Shown here: one piece after another, positions 60,950 to 64,000 of the stretch
Position numbering within the stretch: the stretch's first letter is position 1
Layout: every line of letters begins with the position of its first letter
From: Raillietiella orientalis
Lineage: Eukaryota
Assembly (NCBI GenBank): GCA_036172245.1
Contig: JAYWIR010000048.1
Span: 868,001 to 932,000 of the forward strand
Reading direction: 5' to 3'
Length of the DNA stretch: 64,000 nucleotides
Notes under the pieces: model-generated
The model's input: only the letters and a program-made list of their open reading frames with translations
Databases searched by the model: none
Told to the model about the DNA's origin: nothing
Program-made: the position numbers and the translations under genes

Positions 60950-61950
60950 TTGCTTGCCTAAGATGAGGAAAGAACGTGACTGTTGTAAAATCGGAACAGA
61001 AAAAAATGGAATGCTATGTGAAAGCGCCTCCTCCCTGTGCAGACCAACAAAGAACTGAGTGAGAGAACATCTGAAGTCGAACCCATGGCACTCCATGGAT
61101 CTTTGGAAGCAGAAATGGATGAGCACAGGAAGTCGGCAGGGTAACTTCGTACCTTGGGAATGATCATTAAGGAGAAAGCGAATCGGTCCATAAACTAGAT
61201 ATGTACAATTAATATGTGTCACTTATCAGTAGCAAGTGAGATGCGGGGCCTTTGAAGAACACCAGAGTTGCAAGGTACTGGAATGCAATAATGACCTCAC
61301 TCTTTGCCAGAGTTGCCATCGGGGGTTGCATCATTCGCTCAGCGCAGAAGCAGCCTGAGAAGTGGATAGCTCGATCTCTTTTTTTGAATGAGCTTCAGGG
61401 AGCATAAGGAACAGCGTCGCGAAAGTATATTTTCCGAGCAGCAGCGGATTTTTCGACACAGATTCCCCTCGAGCTCATGGTAACGTGATTGGCATCAAGG
61501 AGAGCGCAGATACCGAGGTTTCGAATTTAAGCTAAAGAGCACCGACGATGGAGTCGTCGCCAAAGTGGCTGTTGCCATTTTCTTCTAAAAGAGCAGATGG
61601 GAAAAAAGTGGGCGTGGCAGCTGGAGCATTTCGTTCCGGTAGTTTTTCTCCGGGAGGTTTTGCTCTTTCAGGGACTCCTCACGGATTGGCAACCAGGAAG
61701 CCTCCATGTCGCTGATGGATAAACAATCGTTTCAACTGACAGGGAGACCTCAGAGTGATTTCGGGAAACGCAAGACAGGCGCCCGTGGCCTACAGAGTAG
61801 GTTCCACTATAAATACCAAATCAGGAATATTGGATGACGGGATTGCTGCAAGATCAAGGAGGGCTTTCCAGATATCAGCGAGAAAAGACATTGCTGACTA
61901 ATTTGCTTTCGGACTTCCGGGTGTTTTTTACATTCGCGTGCGAGAAGAAA
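60950..61950 (+). mobile_element. Possible piggyBac relic
   Basis: REHLKSNPWHSMDLW (resembles Y++.KP.K.G+.+W), VAKW and HYKYQIRNIG*RD (resembles YN..MGGVD..D). Weak. Confidence 0.25.
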
Positions 61951-62099
61951 AATATCGATGTGGTGCGGAAACCAAGGAAAGCGTGCAAAACGTCTTCTCA
62001 TTCTTTGGAGGCAGGCCCTTAATAAGAGAAGCAGTCCAGGAAAGAATTAATCTCGTGCAGGATAGGGCATCTCCTTGCTCGACGTGCTGCGATCCGAAA

Positions 62100-62860
62100 C
62101 TGCGGAAAAAGGAGGAAGAATGTCCACCGAGAGACGATGCTGCAGATGAGGAGGGAGGAAGATTGCGAGCCGGTGGAAACCAATTTATCGCTTCCCAAGT
62201 TATGGGGAGATGGAGAGATGAAAAAAAAAAAACGGGGGGGGGGGGCGTCGGAAAACGAATCGAGCAAGGTGCCGCCCTTGTCGTTGGGGAGCCCGAAGAT
62301 TCCAGACATCAGGAAATCGGTGCAAGAACTTTGCTGTTCGCAGCAGACTCGATCCACGTCTCCGAGCTCTTGAAGAACGAACGGAGAGTCGATATGGCGG
62401 GAAAGATGGGATACTTCCCGTAAGGATCCCTTGGAGTTTGTCCAATATGGACGAGAAAAGAATGGATGAGAAAGGTACAGGAGGCAACAAAACTTCTCAG
62501 AGTATCATCGCTCCTTCTCAAAATGATGATACTTGAAAATGGGCAGCAAATGATTTTTTTTTTTAACAGAAAAAAAAAAAAAAAAAAAGGGGAAGATTAC
62601 ACGGAGGATTTTCAGATTTTTACGGAGGGTGGCAACAACCAACTGAAAGAACGAAGGCTCTACCTATTGTGTAAGAAACGGAATGGCCCCATTACCACGG
62701 CAGACAGGAACCTCAAAAAACGTGGGTTCATTACCAGAGTTTGACTCAAAGTCAGCAGGAAAGTCTCTTCTTGTCTTTCCGTAAGGACCGCAGCGTCCTG
62801 ATGGAGCGACTCTAATGAACGGTGCTTTGCTCTCAGAGAGACGAATGCTTATTAGCCCTG
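62100..62860 (+). mobile_element. Possible hAT (Charlie-like) C-terminal relic
   Basis: KVQEATKLL..LKMMILENG (resembles LQE.L+.L....K..F.NG), PEF..AGKSLLVFP (resembles YP.L...A.K.L+.FP). Confidence 0.3.
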
Positions 62861-63049
62861 CTGTACGTATAAAGCGTTTGCTGCTAATTATCGTGAGAAC
62901 AGACTCAAAAAAAAAAAAAGGATGCACAAATTGGGCGAGCTATTACTCGAAAGAAAGGAAGTCTCTCTGGAAGAAAGCGAAGGAAGAAAAAAAAAAAAAA
63001 ATTGACGAATGTTCAGAATCAAAAAGAACGCAAATTCGCAATGCTTGAA

Positions 63050-63860
63050 TACGTCACGCGAATTTTTCCACACTTGCAAGAGGGCAAATTGCACGAGTGC
63101 ACGGGAAAGGGCCGGCCGTTGAGGGTCAGAAGGAGAATTTTCGTGGAGAGAACTTTTGCAGTGTGCCTCTCGAAGAACTCGCGGTCCCTCCCTCGTGCGT
63201 GGGCAGCACCTGTGTTCCCACTTCGATGGAAGCAGGGCGTGCTCCTGCTGCTGCATTGGGGCTTCCATTGCAGCCAGCGAGCCCACCTCTTTTCCGGGGG
63301 AGCTGCCTTCCTGAGCCGTGGGGGGTGCGAGGCAGTGGGATCGCTCCCGCACCTGCTCTCCGACTGCGGTGCCCCCCAAGGACTGTGGCGGAGGCTGCGT
63401 TCGGCGCTGCTCCGCACCAGGAGGACACCGCCATCGGCGTCACGCGTGGCGGCCTCTCTCTAGGCGCGGTCATCGCAGCCACCTGTTGCATCCGCGCCAT
63501 CGTCGTGGCCCACCGCGTGCTGGAGTCGCGAGCGGTTCCAGAAGATGTCACCAGGATTGTAGCCTCCAGCATGAGGACAGCTTCCAGGTGGCATCAGCCC
63601 AGAGAAGAAGTCAGGAAGGAGACTGGCGGTTCTGAAACGATGGAACGGCCGAAGCCAAAGACCTGCATCTTTTTTTGTATTTTTTATATCTACTTGCGGT
63701 CCCCTCTATCCCGTTCCGGACTTTCGCTGTGCCCGACCTGAGCGTTGGGGAATTTCTCCCCTTGAATTTCTTTTCCCTTAGTCTGGGAACATATCTCCCG
63801 AGTGGTTTGCTCTTTTTTTTTTTTTTTTTGAAGAGACACTCCGGCTCAACCGGGTGGTAA
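63050..63860 (+). mobile_element. Tx1-like LINE family B 3' end plus 3' UTR
   Basis: LRWKQGVLLLLHWGFH...CEAVGSLPHLLSDCGAPQGLWRRL and SMRTASRW. The 3' UTR has the ctgggaac hairpin remnant and the ccgg..ccgg terminus. Confidence 0.7.
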
Positions 63861-64000
63861 AGAGAATTTTCGCTGCAGAGAAAGTCGCAAGGAGTCTTCA
63901 GTGGCGTCGGACTGCCAGCAGTGGGTCGAAAATAGCAGAGTGAAACAGGGATGAAAGAGCAGAAACCGCATCCTGAGGCAGTTTCTGTAGCTGCCATTCG

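Overview
This is repeat-dense eukaryotic DNA, probably from an invertebrate; degenerate TTAGG repeats and the transposon spectrum suggest an arthropod (inference). I found no intact cellular gene and no prokaryotic features, and the ORF track is essentially shadow ORFs. Read across frames, the window is a nested transposon graveyard. It holds about 9 copies of a ~0.75-kb tRNA-derived SINE with an internal ~40-bp variable repeat, two families of L1/Tx1-like LINEs that share a 3' terminal motif, 3-4 relics of RLE-type (Utopia/NeSL/R2-like) retrotransposons, about 10-12 decayed piggyBac transposase fragments, several hAT relics and two Bel-Pao relics. Two features stand out. (1) A heavily decayed minus-strand region at ~6.9-9.9 kb keeps motifs F, A, B, C and D/E plus downstream blocks of a bunyavirus-type L polymerase, in the correct order and with plausible spacing. 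It is a candidate endogenous viral element. (2) A ~99%-identical 760-bp inverted repeat (51223-51981 / 56263-57023) is far younger than any other repeat here. All protein calls come from reading degenerate motifs by eye across frameshifts, and most boundaries are approximate (about +/-50-200 nt). No searches were run.
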